The notes: generated by a model not told the origin, from the sequence alone. Shown: positions 27,302-37,214, counted from the stretch's first letter. The stretch is DNA of 64,000 nt from Chloroflexota bacterium (GCA_016235055.1 JACRMK010000066.1:3728-67727); one strand, 5' to 3'. Program-made: numbers and translations.

Positions 27302-28447
27302 TTATCCCGGCAGCGGCGCGTCGTGGCCGCGCGCGGCCATGCGCTCCATGCCCGTCACCTTGCCGTCCACCACCAGCAGCGCGTAGTCGTGCAGATTCAC
27401 CGTCGGGCAGACGTGGCGCGGCACCAGGTAGAGGTTCTCGCCGATCTCCGGCAGCTTCTCGCCTTCCGGCAAGTCGATCGGCAGGTGCTCCTCGCTGGGA
27501 CCGGCCGGCCTCCACGCGCCGTGCCCGATCACCGCGCAGGTCGGCACGCCCGCGTCGGCCGAGACCGCCTTGTGCCCGCCGTCGGCCGTCACGCGCGTCG
27601 GCGTCGGCCGGCTGATGACCGCCGCCATCACGACCGCGGCCGGCTTATAGTCGAAGCCAAGCGACTGCGGCAGGACCTCCATCGTCGTTGTATCGTGGAA
27701 ACCGACCGTGCCCGGCGAGATGCGGTGCACGAACGTTGCGTCGCCGAACGGCTTGTACGAGAGCGAGACCGGGAACGCCGGTGTGCCCGCCGTGATGACT
27801 TCCGGAATTGTGATGCCCGACCGCTCCAGCCCGGCGACGAGACCCAGCAGCGCGTCGTAGTCGGCATGCGCCAGCTTTTCGCGTTCGGCCATATCCTTCT
27901 GGTTGCGGTGCCCGTCGTACCAGTGCAGGCCGCGAAACTCCAATCCGGCGTTGCGTACCGCACGGATGATCGGCTCCAGTTGGCCGCGCAGGCCGACCGC
28001 CAGGCCGCTGCGATTCATGCCCGGGTTCACGTCGATGAACACGCCGACGTGCGCGCCGCGCCACTGCGCGACCTGCGCCTCCGATTCGAGCAGCACGCTA
28101 ATGCGCGTCTGCGGATACTGCTCGGCCAGCGCGCGCACGCGCCGCGCATTGGCGCCGACGACGGCAAACGAGAGCAGCGCGTCGGGCGCACCGACCTTGC
28201 ACAGCGTCTCCAGTTCGAGCGTCGTCGCGCACTTGAACTGCTGGATGCCGAGGCCCAGGTACTGCTTCATCACCGAGCCGAGCTTGACCGTCTTGACGTG
28301 CGGGCGCCAGCGGTTGACGTCGCCGTCGCAGAACTTCAGCGTGACCTTGACGTTGTGCTCGACCAGCTTCGGGTAGATCAGCAACGCGGGCGTGGCCAAC
28401 TCGGCCTCGTTGGCGACGCGATATTCGTTGAGCGGAATGTCCGGCAT
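27302..28447 (-). CDS. type III PLP-dependent enzyme, alanine racemase N-domain family (D-serine dehydratase/D-threonine aldolase-like)
   Basis: PHVKTVK (PLP-lysine region) and the DSD1/D-TA-like overall pattern. The start is at MPDIPL with a GGAGAG RBS and is frame-consistent. Confidence 0.7.
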   Translation of the reverse strand: MPDIPLNEYRVANEAELATPALLIYPKLVEHNVKVTLKFCDGDVNRWRPHVKTVKLGSVMKQYLGLGIQQFKCATTLELETLCKVGAPDALLSFAVVGANARRVRALAEQYPQTRISVLLESEAQVAQWRGAHVGVFIDVNPGMNRSGLAVGLRGQLEPIIRAVRNAGLEFRGLHWYDGHRNQKDMAEREKLAHADYDALLGLVAGLERSGITIPEVITAGTPAFPVSLSYKPFGDATFVHRISPGTVGFHDTTTMEVLPQSLGFDYKPAAVVMAAVISRPTPTRVTADGGHKAVSADAGVPTCAVIGHGAWRPAGPSEEHLPIDLPEGEKLPEIGENLYLVPRHVCPTVNLHDYALLVVDGKVTGMERMAARGHDAPLPG

Positions 28448-28735
28448 GGAACTCTCCTGTGGTTGGATGGATGCGCCTAATATAGCGGCAAATGCGCGCG
28501 GCGGCAAGACGCTGAAGCACTCGGGGAATACCTGCCAAGTCGGACCCGTGCGTATATGGTAGGGGCCGACCTGCGTGTCGGCCCGCAGCGTGTCAGGCGG
28601 GCGCACACGCCGGTGCGCCCCTACGTGATCCTGACAGTTCTTGGGTGTACCCCAAGCGCCCATGCACGCGCCGCGCCATCCGTTTCAGGTATAATGGGCG
28701 GGATACCACGGCTGATTCCAAATAGAGGAGACTAT

Positions 28736-29641
28736 ATGCCCTTGCATCCCGATGCCGCCGCATTCATGAAGCAGCGTGAAGCGTGGGGCGTCATACCGAC
28801 CAACGAACTGACGCCCGAAGCGGCGCGCGAACAGTCCATGCGCGTGACGAAGCTGCTCGGCCCCGGCGAGCCGGTCGCGCACGTCGAAAACCGCACGATC
28901 AAGACCCACGATGCCGAGGTGGATATTCGCATCTATCGCCCGGCCGGCGATGGCCCGTTCCCGGTCGTCGTGTACTATCATGGCGGCGGGTGGGTGCTCG
29001 GCAACCTCGACGTGGTGGACTTCTACTGCCGCGCATTGACCAACGCCAGCGGCTACATCGTCGTATCGTCCAACTACCGGCACGGCCCCGAGGATCGCTT
29101 CCCGGCCGCCCCCGAGGACTGCTACGCCGCGCTGGTCTGGGTGGCGCGCAACGCCGCGTCGTTCGGCGGCGATGCATCGCGCATCGCCGTGGCGGGCGCC
29201 AGCGCGGGCGGCAACCTGGCCGCCGTCGTCTGCCAGATGGCGCGCGACCGCAACGGCCCCGCGCTCAAGTTCCAACTGCTGATCGTGCCGGTCACCAATC
29301 ACTTCTTCAGCACCGCCTCGTACCGCGACAACGCCGAGGGCTACATGCTGACGACCGCCGCGATGAAGTGGTTCTGGGAGCGCTATCTGAAGGATCCGGC
29401 CGATGGCGCGCACCCGTACGCCTCTCCGCTGCGCGCGCAGAGCCTGGCCGGGCTGCCGCCCGCGTTCGTGCAGACTGCCGAGCTCGACCCGCTGCGCGAC
29501 GAGGGCGAGCAGTACGCCGAGCGGCTCAAGCAGGCCGGCGTGCCGGTCGTGCAGAAGCGCTACATCGGCATGATCCACGGATTCCTCGGCCCCGATGCCC
29601 TGCCCGACTCCGTCGCGCAACTACGGCAGGCGCTCGGATGA
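28736..29641 (+). CDS. alpha/beta hydrolase, HSL-family esterase/lipase
   Basis: YYHGGGW (oxyanion hole HGGG) and GASAGG (GxSxG). A GAGGAG RBS is present, and TATAAT lies ~40 nt upstream. Confidence 0.8.
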   Translation: MPLHPDAAAFMKQREAWGVIPTNELTPEAAREQSMRVTKLLGPGEPVAHVENRTIKTHDAEVDIRIYRPAGDGPFPVVVYYHGGGWVLGNLDVVDFYCRALTNASGYIVVSSNYRHGPEDRFPAAPEDCYAALVWVARNAASFGGDASRIAVAGASAGGNLAAVVCQMARDRNGPALKFQLLIVPVTNHFFSTASYRDNAEGYMLTTAAMKWFWERYLKDPADGAHPYASPLRAQSLAGLPPAFVQTAELDPLRDEGEQYAERLKQAGVPVVQKRYIGMIHGFLGPDALPDSVAQLRQALG

Positions 29642-30513
29642 TCGAGCTCCTGTCACCGGACGGCTGGCGCGACTATGCGCTCCTTGACTCCGGCGAGGGC
29701 ATGCGGCTGGAGCGCTTCGGTCCGCACACCTTGGCGCGCCCCGATTCGGAAGCGATCTGGCATCGGCGCCTGCCCGAATCCGCCTGGGCGCAGGCCGACG
29801 CCACCTACCAGCACGGCGAGGAGAAGGAGCGCTGGCACACGCGCAAGAAGCTCCCGGCGCAGTGGGCGCTGCGTCACCGCGATCTCGTCTTCTACGCGCG
29901 GCTGACGCCATTCAAGCACACCGGCGTATTCCCGGAGCAGGCCGCGCTGTGGGACTGGATGCGCGCACAGATCGAGGCGGCCGCCCGCCCGATCAACGTG
30001 CTGACGCTGTTCGGCTACACCGGCCTCGCCGCGCTATCGTGCGCGGCCGCCGGCGCCAGCGTGACCTATGTGGACGCTTCGAAGTGGGCGTCGGACTGGG
30101 CGCGCGAGAACCAGACCGCCTCCGGGCTCGACGACCGGCCGGTGCGCTGGATCGTGGAAGACGCGCTGAAGTACGCGCGGCGCGAAGCGCGGCGCGGCGT
30201 GCGCTACGACGCGCTGGTGATGGACCCGCCATCGTTCGGGCGCGGCCCCAAGGGCGAGGTGTGGAAGTTCGCCGACGACTTCCCGGCGCTGCTCGAAGCG
30301 AGCGTCGCGCTGCTGTCGGACACGCCGCTGTTCGTCACGATCACCGGCTATGCGATGGACGTCTCATCGGTGACGCTGGCGAACCTGCTCAACGACGCGA
30401 TGGGCCGCAAGCGCGGCGGGCATATCTGGCCGAGCGAGTTGACGCTGGCCGAGCAGTCCGGCGGCCGCACGCTCTCGACCGCCATCGTAGCGCGCTGGAT
30501 GGCGAAGCCGTAG
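29638..30513 (+). CDS. class I SAM-dependent (rRNA) methyltransferase, RlmI/YccW-like without PUA
   Basis: LTLFGYTGLAA (motif I-like) and VMDPPSFGRG (DPPxF motif IV of m5C/m6A-type MTases). The ATGA overlap with the upstream stop is frame-consistent. Confidence 0.6.
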   Translation: MIELLSPDGWRDYALLDSGEGMRLERFGPHTLARPDSEAIWHRRLPESAWAQADATYQHGEEKERWHTRKKLPAQWALRHRDLVFYARLTPFKHTGVFPEQAALWDWMRAQIEAAARPINVLTLFGYTGLAALSCAAAGASVTYVDASKWASDWARENQTASGLDDRPVRWIVEDALKYARREARRGVRYDALVMDPPSFGRGPKGEVWKFADDFPALLEASVALLSDTPLFVTITGYAMDVSSVTLANLLNDAMGRKRGGHIWPSELTLAEQSGGRTLSTAIVARWMAKP

Positions 30514-30523
30514 AGTTCAAACA

Positions 30524-30612
30524 AACCCAACACAAAGACACGGAGACACAAAGAAAAACCTGTGTTAAGGTGCTCTTGGTGCCTTTGTGACTTTGTGTTG
30601 GGTGTTGGGTTT
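30524..30612. repeat. CACAAAG-unit palindromic hairpin (family member)
   Basis: CCCAACACAAAGACACGGAGACACAAAGAAAAACC … GGTGCCTTTGTGACTTTGTGTTGGGTGTTGGG. It lies between convergent genes. Confidence 0.55.
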
Positions 30613-30616
30613 CGAC

Positions 30617-31876
30617 TCAGGCCGTGCGCGTGTCCTGCCGGGCGAAGAAAACGTACTGCAGGCCGATGCCGAGCACGTACGCTGCGGTCATCACGGCGAT
30701 AATCGGCTCCCAGCCGTACTCAAGCTGCACGCGGCCGGACAGCGGCGACGCGACCATCATGCCGAATGTCCACATCATCTGGTTTAAACTGGACAGCGAG
30801 GCGCGCGCGTCTTCGTGCACGTGCTCCATGCTAAACGCATCGAACAACGGGCCGCTCATCTGCATCAGTCCCGGACGCAGCATGAAGGCCAGCAGGCCAA
30901 GCCATGCCCACGGCGAGAAGCCGAGCAGCACGAGCATCACGACGCTGACCGCCTGTGTCAACACTACCGTGCGGATGCGGCCAAAGCGGTTGGCCAGCAC
31001 CGGCCCGGTCACAATGGCGATGCCGCCCATCAACGACATCAGCGCGAAGATGGTGCCGACCTGCGCATCGGTCAGCGCATAGCGGGTGCGCGCAAACAGG
31101 TTGTTGAACGGGATCAGCAGGCCCGCGCCGAGGCTGATCAGCAGGTTAGGGATCAGGATCTTGACGATCAGCCGCCAGTCGGCCCGCACGCCGGAGAAGG
31201 CGCGGCGCGCCACCTGTGCGCGGCCGCTATGTCCGGGCGACATGAGCACCAGCCCGCCCAGCGAGACGAGTACGAAGCACGCCGCCACCGCCAGCGCCTC
31301 CTGATACGCCTGCGGCGAGTCGGCGTGGAAGCCGCCGAGCGACGCGGCCCACTGCGGCGCGTTCCCGCCGATGAATCCGCCGGCGAAGCCCGCGCCGATC
31401 ACGGCCGCCTGGTTCATGCTGAACAGGTGAGTGCGCTCGGCCGGCGTGCTGTTCTCCATCAGGAACGGCAGCATCGCGACGACCATGATCGCCAGGCCCG
31501 CGCCGTACAGCACCAACATCAGCGCGATCCCTTCCGGCGCAACGACGAGCGTCAGGCCGAACAACGCCGCCGCGATCAGTACGGTCGAGACGGCCAGCGC
31601 GCGCCGCAGCCCGATGCGCACCGCGATAATGCTGGCGGGCAGCGCGATGACGAAGATGACGCCTTGCAGCAGGCTGGCCATTTGCCCGACGAAATCCGCG
31701 CGGTGACCCAGGCTGACCAGGTAGAAATTAAAGACGACATCGACGATCCGCAGGCCGATGCTGGTGATGAACGCGCCCAGCAGGTAAAGTCGCGCATTGC
31801 GGCTGAACCCGGCCAGATGCATTCCGTAGTTGCGCAGGCCGCGCGACACGGCGGCGGACAGATTGCTCATGCGCAC
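30617..31876 (-). CDS. MFS transporter
   Basis: It has ~12 predicted TM segments with MFS-like G-rich loops. Confidence 0.8.
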   Translation of the reverse strand: MRMSNLSAAVSRGLRNYGMHLAGFSRNARLYLLGAFITSIGLRIVDVVFNFYLVSLGHRADFVGQMASLLQGVIFVIALPASIIAVRIGLRRALAVSTVLIAAALFGLTLVVAPEGIALMLVLYGAGLAIMVVAMLPFLMENSTPAERTHLFSMNQAAVIGAGFAGGFIGGNAPQWAASLGGFHADSPQAYQEALAVAACFVLVSLGGLVLMSPGHSGRAQVARRAFSGVRADWRLIVKILIPNLLISLGAGLLIPFNNLFARTRYALTDAQVGTIFALMSLMGGIAIVTGPVLANRFGRIRTVVLTQAVSVVMLVLLGFSPWAWLGLLAFMLRPGLMQMSGPLFDAFSMEHVHEDARASLSSLNQMMWTFGMMVASPLSGRVQLEYGWEPIIAVMTAAYVLGIGLQYVFFARQDTRTA

Positions 31877-31877
31877 A

Positions 31878-33131
31878 TCAGGCCGCCGGTTCGGCGCCGC
31901 TCTTCCAAAAGAAGCTGTAGTTGAGGGCGATGCCGGTCACGTACAGCGCGGCCATGCCGAGCACCAGCGGCGACCAGCCATAGCGCACCTGGATCAGTCC
32001 GGCGAACACCGGGCAGACCACCGAGCCGAAGGTCCAGATCATGTGGTTCAGGCTGGCGGCGGTTGTGCGCGTTTCCGGCTGCAGCACTTCCATCAGGTAG
32101 GTGTTGAAGATCGGGCCGTTCATCTGCATGAACGCCATGCGCATCAGCCAGCCGAATACGCCGAGCTCGAACCACGGCGAGAAGCCGGCCAGCAGCAGCA
32201 TCGGGACGCTCAGCGCTTCCTCGATGATGACGGCGCGGATCTTGCCGAAGCGCGCAGCGGTCAGCGGCCCGAACGCGATCGCCGTGCTGCAGACGACCGC
32301 CGTGAGCGAGAAGACCAGTCCGACCTGCGCGTCGCTGGCATTGTACTGCGAGCGGATGAAGACGCCGGCGAACGGCATCAGCAGGCCGGCGCCGATCGAC
32401 AGCACGAAGACCGGCAAGAACAGGCGCAGCAACAGGCGCCGTTCTTGGCGTATGCCTGAGAGCGGGCTCGCCATCACACGCTTCTCGCCGCCGGCCACTG
32501 TGCGCACGCGCAGCAGCGGCAGCACGCCGACCATCTGCAGCGCGATGACGGCCAGTAGCGCCGATTGATACGCCTGCGGCGCCTGCGCGCCGACGCCGAG
32601 GAACCCAGCGGCCAGCGACGGGAAGTTGCCGCCGATGAAGCCGCCCAGCATGCCCGCCGCGGCGCTGATCGCGGCGTAGATGCTGAACAGGTGCTGGCGC
32701 TCGGCCGGGCGGCTGTTGTCCATCAGGAACGGCGAACCCATCACGATCAGGATGGCGAAGGTCGCGCCATACAGGCTGCTGGACAGCAGCAAACCGGCCT
32801 GACTGGTGAACAGCACCATGCCGACGAACGAGAGCATGTTCCCGGCCATGCCGATCAGCAGCGTGTTGCGGCGGCCGATCCGGTTGCCGAGCATGCCGCC
32901 CGGCAGCGAGGCCAGCAGCACGACCAGTTGGTTCAAGCTGGCCGAGAGACCGAGGAAGTCCTGCTGGTAGCCGAGGCTGACCAGGTAGAAGTTGAACAGC
33001 AGGCTGTAGACGCTGTAGACCAGCCCGTTGAACAGGCTGGCGATGAGGAAGTAGCGCGCATTGGGGCTGAAGTTGCGCACGTGCGACAGGTAGTCGCGCG
33101 CCCCGCGCGAAATCGCAGACGCGAATTGCAT
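31878..33131 (-). CDS. MFS transporter, tandem paralog of 30617-31876
   Basis: The N-terminus is alignable with the neighbour (…SRGARDYLSHVRNFSPNARYFLIASLFNGL… versus …SRGLRNYGMHLAGFSRNARLYLLGAFITSI…). The start was trimmed from the track ORF and is frame-consistent. Confidence 0.8.
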   Translation of the reverse strand: MQFASAISRGARDYLSHVRNFSPNARYFLIASLFNGLVYSVYSLLFNFYLVSLGYQQDFLGLSASLNQLVVLLASLPGGMLGNRIGRRNTLLIGMAGNMLSFVGMVLFTSQAGLLLSSSLYGATFAILIVMGSPFLMDNSRPAERQHLFSIYAAISAAAGMLGGFIGGNFPSLAAGFLGVGAQAPQAYQSALLAVIALQMVGVLPLLRVRTVAGGEKRVMASPLSGIRQERRLLLRLFLPVFVLSIGAGLLMPFAGVFIRSQYNASDAQVGLVFSLTAVVCSTAIAFGPLTAARFGKIRAVIIEEALSVPMLLLAGFSPWFELGVFGWLMRMAFMQMNGPIFNTYLMEVLQPETRTTAASLNHMIWTFGSVVCPVFAGLIQVRYGWSPLVLGMAALYVTGIALNYSFFWKSGAEPAA

Positions 33132-33155
33132 GTGTGAAAGTGTACACAATCCGGC

Positions 33156-33530
33156 ATGAATGCACAAACGACCGTAGATAGTTTCCTCGCAGCCTTCGCG
33201 CGTATGGATCTCGACGCGATGATCGCCTGCTTTGACGCGGATGCCACCAGCTTCTTTCCGACCGCGCACCACGCCGAGCGGCTGGCCGGCCGCGACGCGA
33301 TCCGCGCCGGATTCGCGCGCGTGATCGAGCGCGCCCGCGCGCGGGGGCTTGATCACATCGACCTGCCGGTTTCCGACGTGCAGGCGCAGAGCTGGGGCGA
33401 TGCCGCGCTCGTCACGTGCCACCTGCGCGATGCGCGCCTCGGCCGCCGCAGTTTCGTCCTGCGCCGCAACGGCGACGCATGGCGCATCCTTCACCTGCAC
33501 GCATCCAACGAGAACGGAACGTCCCGATGA
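33156..33530 (+). CDS. SnoaL-like / NTF2-like (DUF4440-like) protein
   Basis: It is ~120 aa, with the …FLAAFARMDLDAMIACFDADATSF… pattern. Confidence 0.55.
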   Translation: MNAQTTVDSFLAAFARMDLDAMIACFDADATSFFPTAHHAERLAGRDAIRAGFARVIERARARGLDHIDLPVSDVQAQSWGDAALVTCHLRDARLGRRSFVLRRNGDAWRILHLHASNENGTSR

Positions 33531-34396
33531 ACTCCCCGACTGTCAACCGCACCGTCCCGCTGCTGGTCACCGCCCTGCTGGCCGTGGATGGCCTGCATTT
33601 CGTGTTCGCGCGCGCGCTCTCCGGCATCCTGCCGGCGACGACGTCTGCCATGCTCGTGACCGGCACCGCATCGGTCATCATGATCGTCTACGCCGCTTCG
33701 CAGGGCAAGCTGCGAATCCAGACGTTGCGCAAGCACCTCGGATTCTTCCTCACGATCGGCTCGCTCCCGGCGCTGAGCACCGCGCTCTCGTACACGGCCG
33801 TGTTCTATATCGATCCGGGCACCGCCTCGCTATTGCAGCAGACCGCCGTGATCTACGGCGTGCTGATCGGCGTCATCTGGCTGCGCGAAAAGCTGGCATG
33901 GCGGCAGGTGATCGGTGCGCTGGTCTGCCTCGTGGGCGTCGGCATTATCACCTTCCAGCCGGGCGACTACTTGCGCGCAGGCGCAATGCTCGTGCTCGTC
34001 AGCACGTTCCTGTATGCGCTGCACGCCGCGATCACCAAGCGCTACGGCGGCCCCATCGACTTCGTCGAGTTCTTCTTGTGGCGCGTAACAACGATGACGG
34101 CGTTCCTCTTCATCGGCGCGCTGGCGCAGGGCATCGTGCGCGGACCCGCCGAGCCGGCCGGCTGGGGGCTCGTCGTGTTCACCGGCACGCTGGACGTGGT
34201 CGTCAGCCGGTCGCTGTACTACCTGACGCTGCGGCGGATGCCGGTCTCGGTCTTCTCGCTGGTGTTGACATTGAGCCCGGTCGTGGCGATTCTTTGGTCA
34301 CTCGGGCTGTTCGGCATCCAGCCGACGCTGGTGCAGGCGGCCGGCGGCGCGGCCGTCCTGATCGGCGTCGCCATCGTCACCACCGGCCGCGCGTAG
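33527..34396 (+). CDS. EamA/DMT-family transporter
   Basis: It has ten TM segments in two EamA-like halves. The ATGA overlap with the upstream stop is frame-consistent. Confidence 0.75.
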   Translation: MNSPTVNRTVPLLVTALLAVDGLHFVFARALSGILPATTSAMLVTGTASVIMIVYAASQGKLRIQTLRKHLGFFLTIGSLPALSTALSYTAVFYIDPGTASLLQQTAVIYGVLIGVIWLREKLAWRQVIGALVCLVGVGIITFQPGDYLRAGAMLVLVSTFLYALHAAITKRYGGPIDFVEFFLWRVTTMTAFLFIGALAQGIVRGPAEPAGWGLVVFTGTLDVVVSRSLYYLTLRRMPVSVFSLVLTLSPVVAILWSLGLFGIQPTLVQAAGGAAVLIGVAIVTTGRA

Positions 34397-34528
34397 AAGC
34401 GCGCATGGTCGGGGCGCACAGGTTGGGCAAACATGTTGGGGCGCACGGCCGTGCGCCCCTATCGCCCATGTGTATGTGGGGCATCGTGTTCTGTGTGTGA
34501 TTTCGTGTTCCTTCGTGGAGAAGATCAA

Positions 34529-35122
34529 ATGACCCGCATGGCGCTGATCGTGATCGACATCCAGAAAGACTTCTGGCAGCCGCTGGCGCACGAGCCGGGA
34601 TTGACGGTATTCCCGGAGAACGTCCACGCTCTGCTCGCCACGGCGCGGCGGCACGGCCTGCTGGTCGTGCACACGCAGGCGATCTTCCAGCCCGACCGCA
34701 GCGACTGGATGCTGTTCTACCGCCCGGAGGGGCGCGGCCAGGTGCCGTGCATCGCCGGCACGCCGGGGGTCGCGTTCGAGCCGTTCGCCGCGCCGCTGCC
34801 CGGTGAGCCGGTCATCCAGAAGCAGACGTTCGACGGCTTCGCCGGCACCGGCCTCGCGGACCTGCTGGCACAGCACGGCATCCGCGCCGCGCTGATCGCC
34901 GGGCTGGAGACCTCGGTCTGCGTGCTGTTCACGGCGACCTCGGCGTACCTGCGGCGCATCGTGCCGCTGGTCGTGCGCGATGCCTGCGGCGACAGCGCCG
35001 ATCGCCACGCCGTGACCCTGCAGATGTACGACCGGCTCTCGTTCCAGACGGTGACGACCGACGACGTAGTGAACGACCTCGACGGCGTCGTGCAGCGCGC
35101 GGCCGTCTTCACAATCGAGTAG
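34529..35122 (+). CDS. isochorismatase-family cysteine hydrolase
   Basis: ALIVIDIQKDF (catalytic Asp region) and …ETSVCVLFTA (catalytic Cys). A GGAG RBS is present. Confidence 0.8.
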   Translation: MTRMALIVIDIQKDFWQPLAHEPGLTVFPENVHALLATARRHGLLVVHTQAIFQPDRSDWMLFYRPEGRGQVPCIAGTPGVAFEPFAAPLPGEPVIQKQTFDGFAGTGLADLLAQHGIRAALIAGLETSVCVLFTATSAYLRRIVPLVVRDACGDSADRHAVTLQMYDRLSFQTVTTDDVVNDLDGVVQRAAVFTIE

Positions 35123-35129
35123 AAACGAT

Positions 35130-35370
35130 CGCCATCCTGAGCGTGAAGGCAGCACCGCGACTTTCAGCCGCGTCACGCGCGCGAAGGAGCCGAGCACCAC
35201 GCGCCGGGTTGTCATCCTGAGCGCGAAAGCAGCACGACACACTTACCAACACGCCATGCGCGCGAAGGACCTAAAATCGTCGCAGTCAAGCACCACACTG
35301 AGTAGAACTGGTTTGCAGCCATGCGCAGCTACTACGTCTACATCATGACCAACCCGCCGCGCGCCATCGT
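35130..35370. repeat. two tandem partial copies of the mini-element end. The second copy includes the GIY-YIG 5' UTR and the first ~17 codons.
   Basis: Module copies start at 35130 and 35211. A stub ATGCGCAGCTACTACGTCTACATCATGACCAACCCGCCG at 35321 diverges at the next module. Confidence 0.6.
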
Positions 35371-35878
35371 GTCATCCTGAGCGCGAAGGCAACACCTTGT
35401 TTTACACATCCGCCACGCGCGCGAAGGACCTAAAATCTTCTCAGCCAAGCACCACACTGAGTAGAATTAGCTTGCAGCCATGCGCAACTACTACGTCTAC
35501 ATTATGACCAACCCGCCGCATACGACGCTGTATGTTGGTATGACGAACGACCTGAAGCGCCGGATCAGCGAGCACAAGGGCAAACTCATCAAGGGTTATA
35601 CGAACGCGTACAACGCGACCTACCTGGTTCACTACGAGATTGCCGAGGACGCTGCAACGGCGATCGCGCGCGAGAAACAGATCAAAAGGTGGCTGCGAGC
35701 AAAGAAGATCGCCCTGATCGAATCGAACAATCCGGAGTGGAAGGATTTGAGCGTCGAGTGGCTGGACGATGAAGGCTGAGCCCGTTACGGGAAGATTCGG
35801 CCATTCGCAGATTTCAGGTCCTTCGCGCGCGAGGCGTTCTTGAACGGCAGCGCGTTGCCTTCGCGCTCAGGATGACAG
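35371..35878. mobile_element. ~510-bp mini-element: ~65-75-bp terminal inverted repeats (GTCATCCTGAGCGCGAAGGC-N27-CGCGCGAAGGACCTAAAATC) flanking a GIY-YIG nuclease gene
   Basis: The left end is at 35371-35445. The right end at ~35815-35878 is its reverse complement, with a different 27-nt internal segment. Confidence 0.55.
35480..35779 (+). CDS. GIY-YIG nuclease family protein (COG2827/YhbQ-like URI domain, ~99 aa)
   Basis: YYVYIMTNPPHTTLYVGMTNDLKRRISEH is the GIY…YIG…R…E signature. Confidence 0.85.
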   Translation: MRNYYVYIMTNPPHTTLYVGMTNDLKRRISEHKGKLIKGYTNAYNATYLVHYEIAEDAATAIAREKQIKRWLRAKKIALIESNNPEWKDLSVEWLDDEG

Positions 35879-35953
35879 GTTGGTGATTCGCGCAACCTTA
35901 CAATCACCCATGTCGCATAGCCATCAATCGAAGAATACACAAGGAACACTTCC

Positions 35954-36769
35954 ATGTCCGACCTGATCTCCCTCATGCAGGGCGCGCGCGTGTTCGACCT
36001 CGAACAATCGCGCCACGCCGGTATGCCGGTCCACCCGTCGCACAAGCCGGGCTACCTTTACACGCTCTACCGCCGGCACCAGGACACCTACGCACCGGAG
36101 CGCGACGGGCCGCGCTCGTCGGCCTCCGGCATGTTGTCGATGATGGAGCACACCGGCACGCACATCGACGCGCACGCGCACCAGGCCGACTCGCTGACGT
36201 TGTGCGGCGGCATCGCCGTCACGCCGCAGGTGCAAACGCCGGCCGGCTTCACGCGCGGCGGCGTCGAGGAGATCGCGCCGATCGTCGCGCGCGGCGTCCT
36301 GCTCGACGTGGCCGCCCAGCGCGGCGTGGACGAACTGCCCGCGCGCGAAGAGGTGCATGCGAACGAGCTGCAGGCGTGCGTTGCCCGGCAGGGCGTTTCG
36401 GTCGCGCGCGGCGATGTCCTGCTGGTGCGCGTCGGCAACGCGCGGCGCTGGGGCGACGAACCGGCCTATCTCGCCAGCGCCGGCATGGCGCGCGATGCGT
36501 CGCTCTGGGCGGCGGAGCGCGGCGTCGTCGCCGTCGGCGCGGACAACATGGCGTGGGACGTGATCGGCGCACGCGACCCGGAGGTCGGCCTCCTGCCGGG
36601 GCACCTCGAACTGCTGGCCCGGCGCGGCATCTACATCATCGAGAACCTCAACCTCGACGACCTGAGCCGCGAGCGTATTTACTCTTTCGTGTGCGTCTGC
36701 CTGCCGCTCAAGTTTCGCGGCGCGACCGGCTCGCCCGTGCGGCCAGTGGCGATCGTCCAGCAGGCGTAG
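35954..36769 (+). CDS. putative cyclase-family metal-dependent hydrolase (kynurenine formamidase-like)
   Basis: HTGTHIDAHAH matches the HxGTHxDxPxH cyclase-family motif. Confidence 0.7.
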   Translation: MSDLISLMQGARVFDLEQSRHAGMPVHPSHKPGYLYTLYRRHQDTYAPERDGPRSSASGMLSMMEHTGTHIDAHAHQADSLTLCGGIAVTPQVQTPAGFTRGGVEEIAPIVARGVLLDVAAQRGVDELPAREEVHANELQACVARQGVSVARGDVLLVRVGNARRWGDEPAYLASAGMARDASLWAAERGVVAVGADNMAWDVIGARDPEVGLLPGHLELLARRGIYIIENLNLDDLSRERIYSFVCVCLPLKFRGATGSPVRPVAIVQQA

Positions 36770-36879
36770 ACCCGAATGGTTTGGCGAAAGCGCCTCGCAG
36801 AGCAAATACCCTGCTGTACACCGTTCGTGTCTCGGTGCACGCGTGCGTCTCGATCTGTGCAATCAGCGCGTTGTGCGAT

Positions 36880-36908
36880 TTGTTCCCATTTTGGGAACAC
36901 GATATAAT
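36880..36908 (+). promoter_or_regulatory. higBA promoter (TTGTTC-N17-TATAAT) with an embedded 7-bp-arm palindrome GTTCCCA-TTT-TGGGAAC (candidate HigA operator)
   Basis: TATAAT ends 6 nt before the ATG, implying a leaderless or near-leaderless transcript. Confidence 0.45.
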
Positions 36909-36914
36909 GGTGGC

Positions 36915-37208
36915 ATGCGGATTATTGCACGCAGGACATTGCGTGAATTCTGGCAACGACACTCGGCCGCCGAACAGCCATTGCGCGCCTGGTATGCGCA
37001 GGTGCGCAGCGCCGTCTGGCGCACGCCCGCGGACGTGAAAAATGACTACCGCAATGCCAGCCTGCTGGCTAATCAGCGCGTCATATTTAATATCAAGGGA
37101 AACAGCTACCGCCTGGTTACCATGCTCAATTACCAGCATGGCATCGTGTTTATTCGGTTTATTGGCACCCATGCCGATTATGACCGGATTGATGCAGGCA
37201 AGATTTGA
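36915..37208 (+). CDS. higB: type II toxin HigB (RelE/ParE superfamily, HigB_toxin family)
   Basis: …VIFNIKGNSYRLVTMLNYQHGIVFIRFIGTHADYDRID matches the HigB family consensus. The start is frame-consistent. Confidence 0.8.
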   Translation: MRIIARRTLREFWQRHSAAEQPLRAWYAQVRSAVWRTPADVKNDYRNASLLANQRVIFNIKGNSYRLVTMLNYQHGIVFIRFIGTHADYDRIDAGKI

Positions 37209-37214
37209 GGCCGT

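Noticed and set aside
28640-28700. Promoter for the esterase gene using the TATAAT at 28690-28695.
   Set aside because: There is no acceptable -35 at 16-18 nt spacing. A small hairpin CTTGGG-TGTAC-CCCAAG lies there instead. It is left uncalled.
35130-35445. Small peptide ORFs translating the GTCATCCTGAGCG module (VILSAKDL-like).
   Set aside because: The reading frame is a consequence of a conserved DNA repeat present in both orientations. There are no start or RBS signals.
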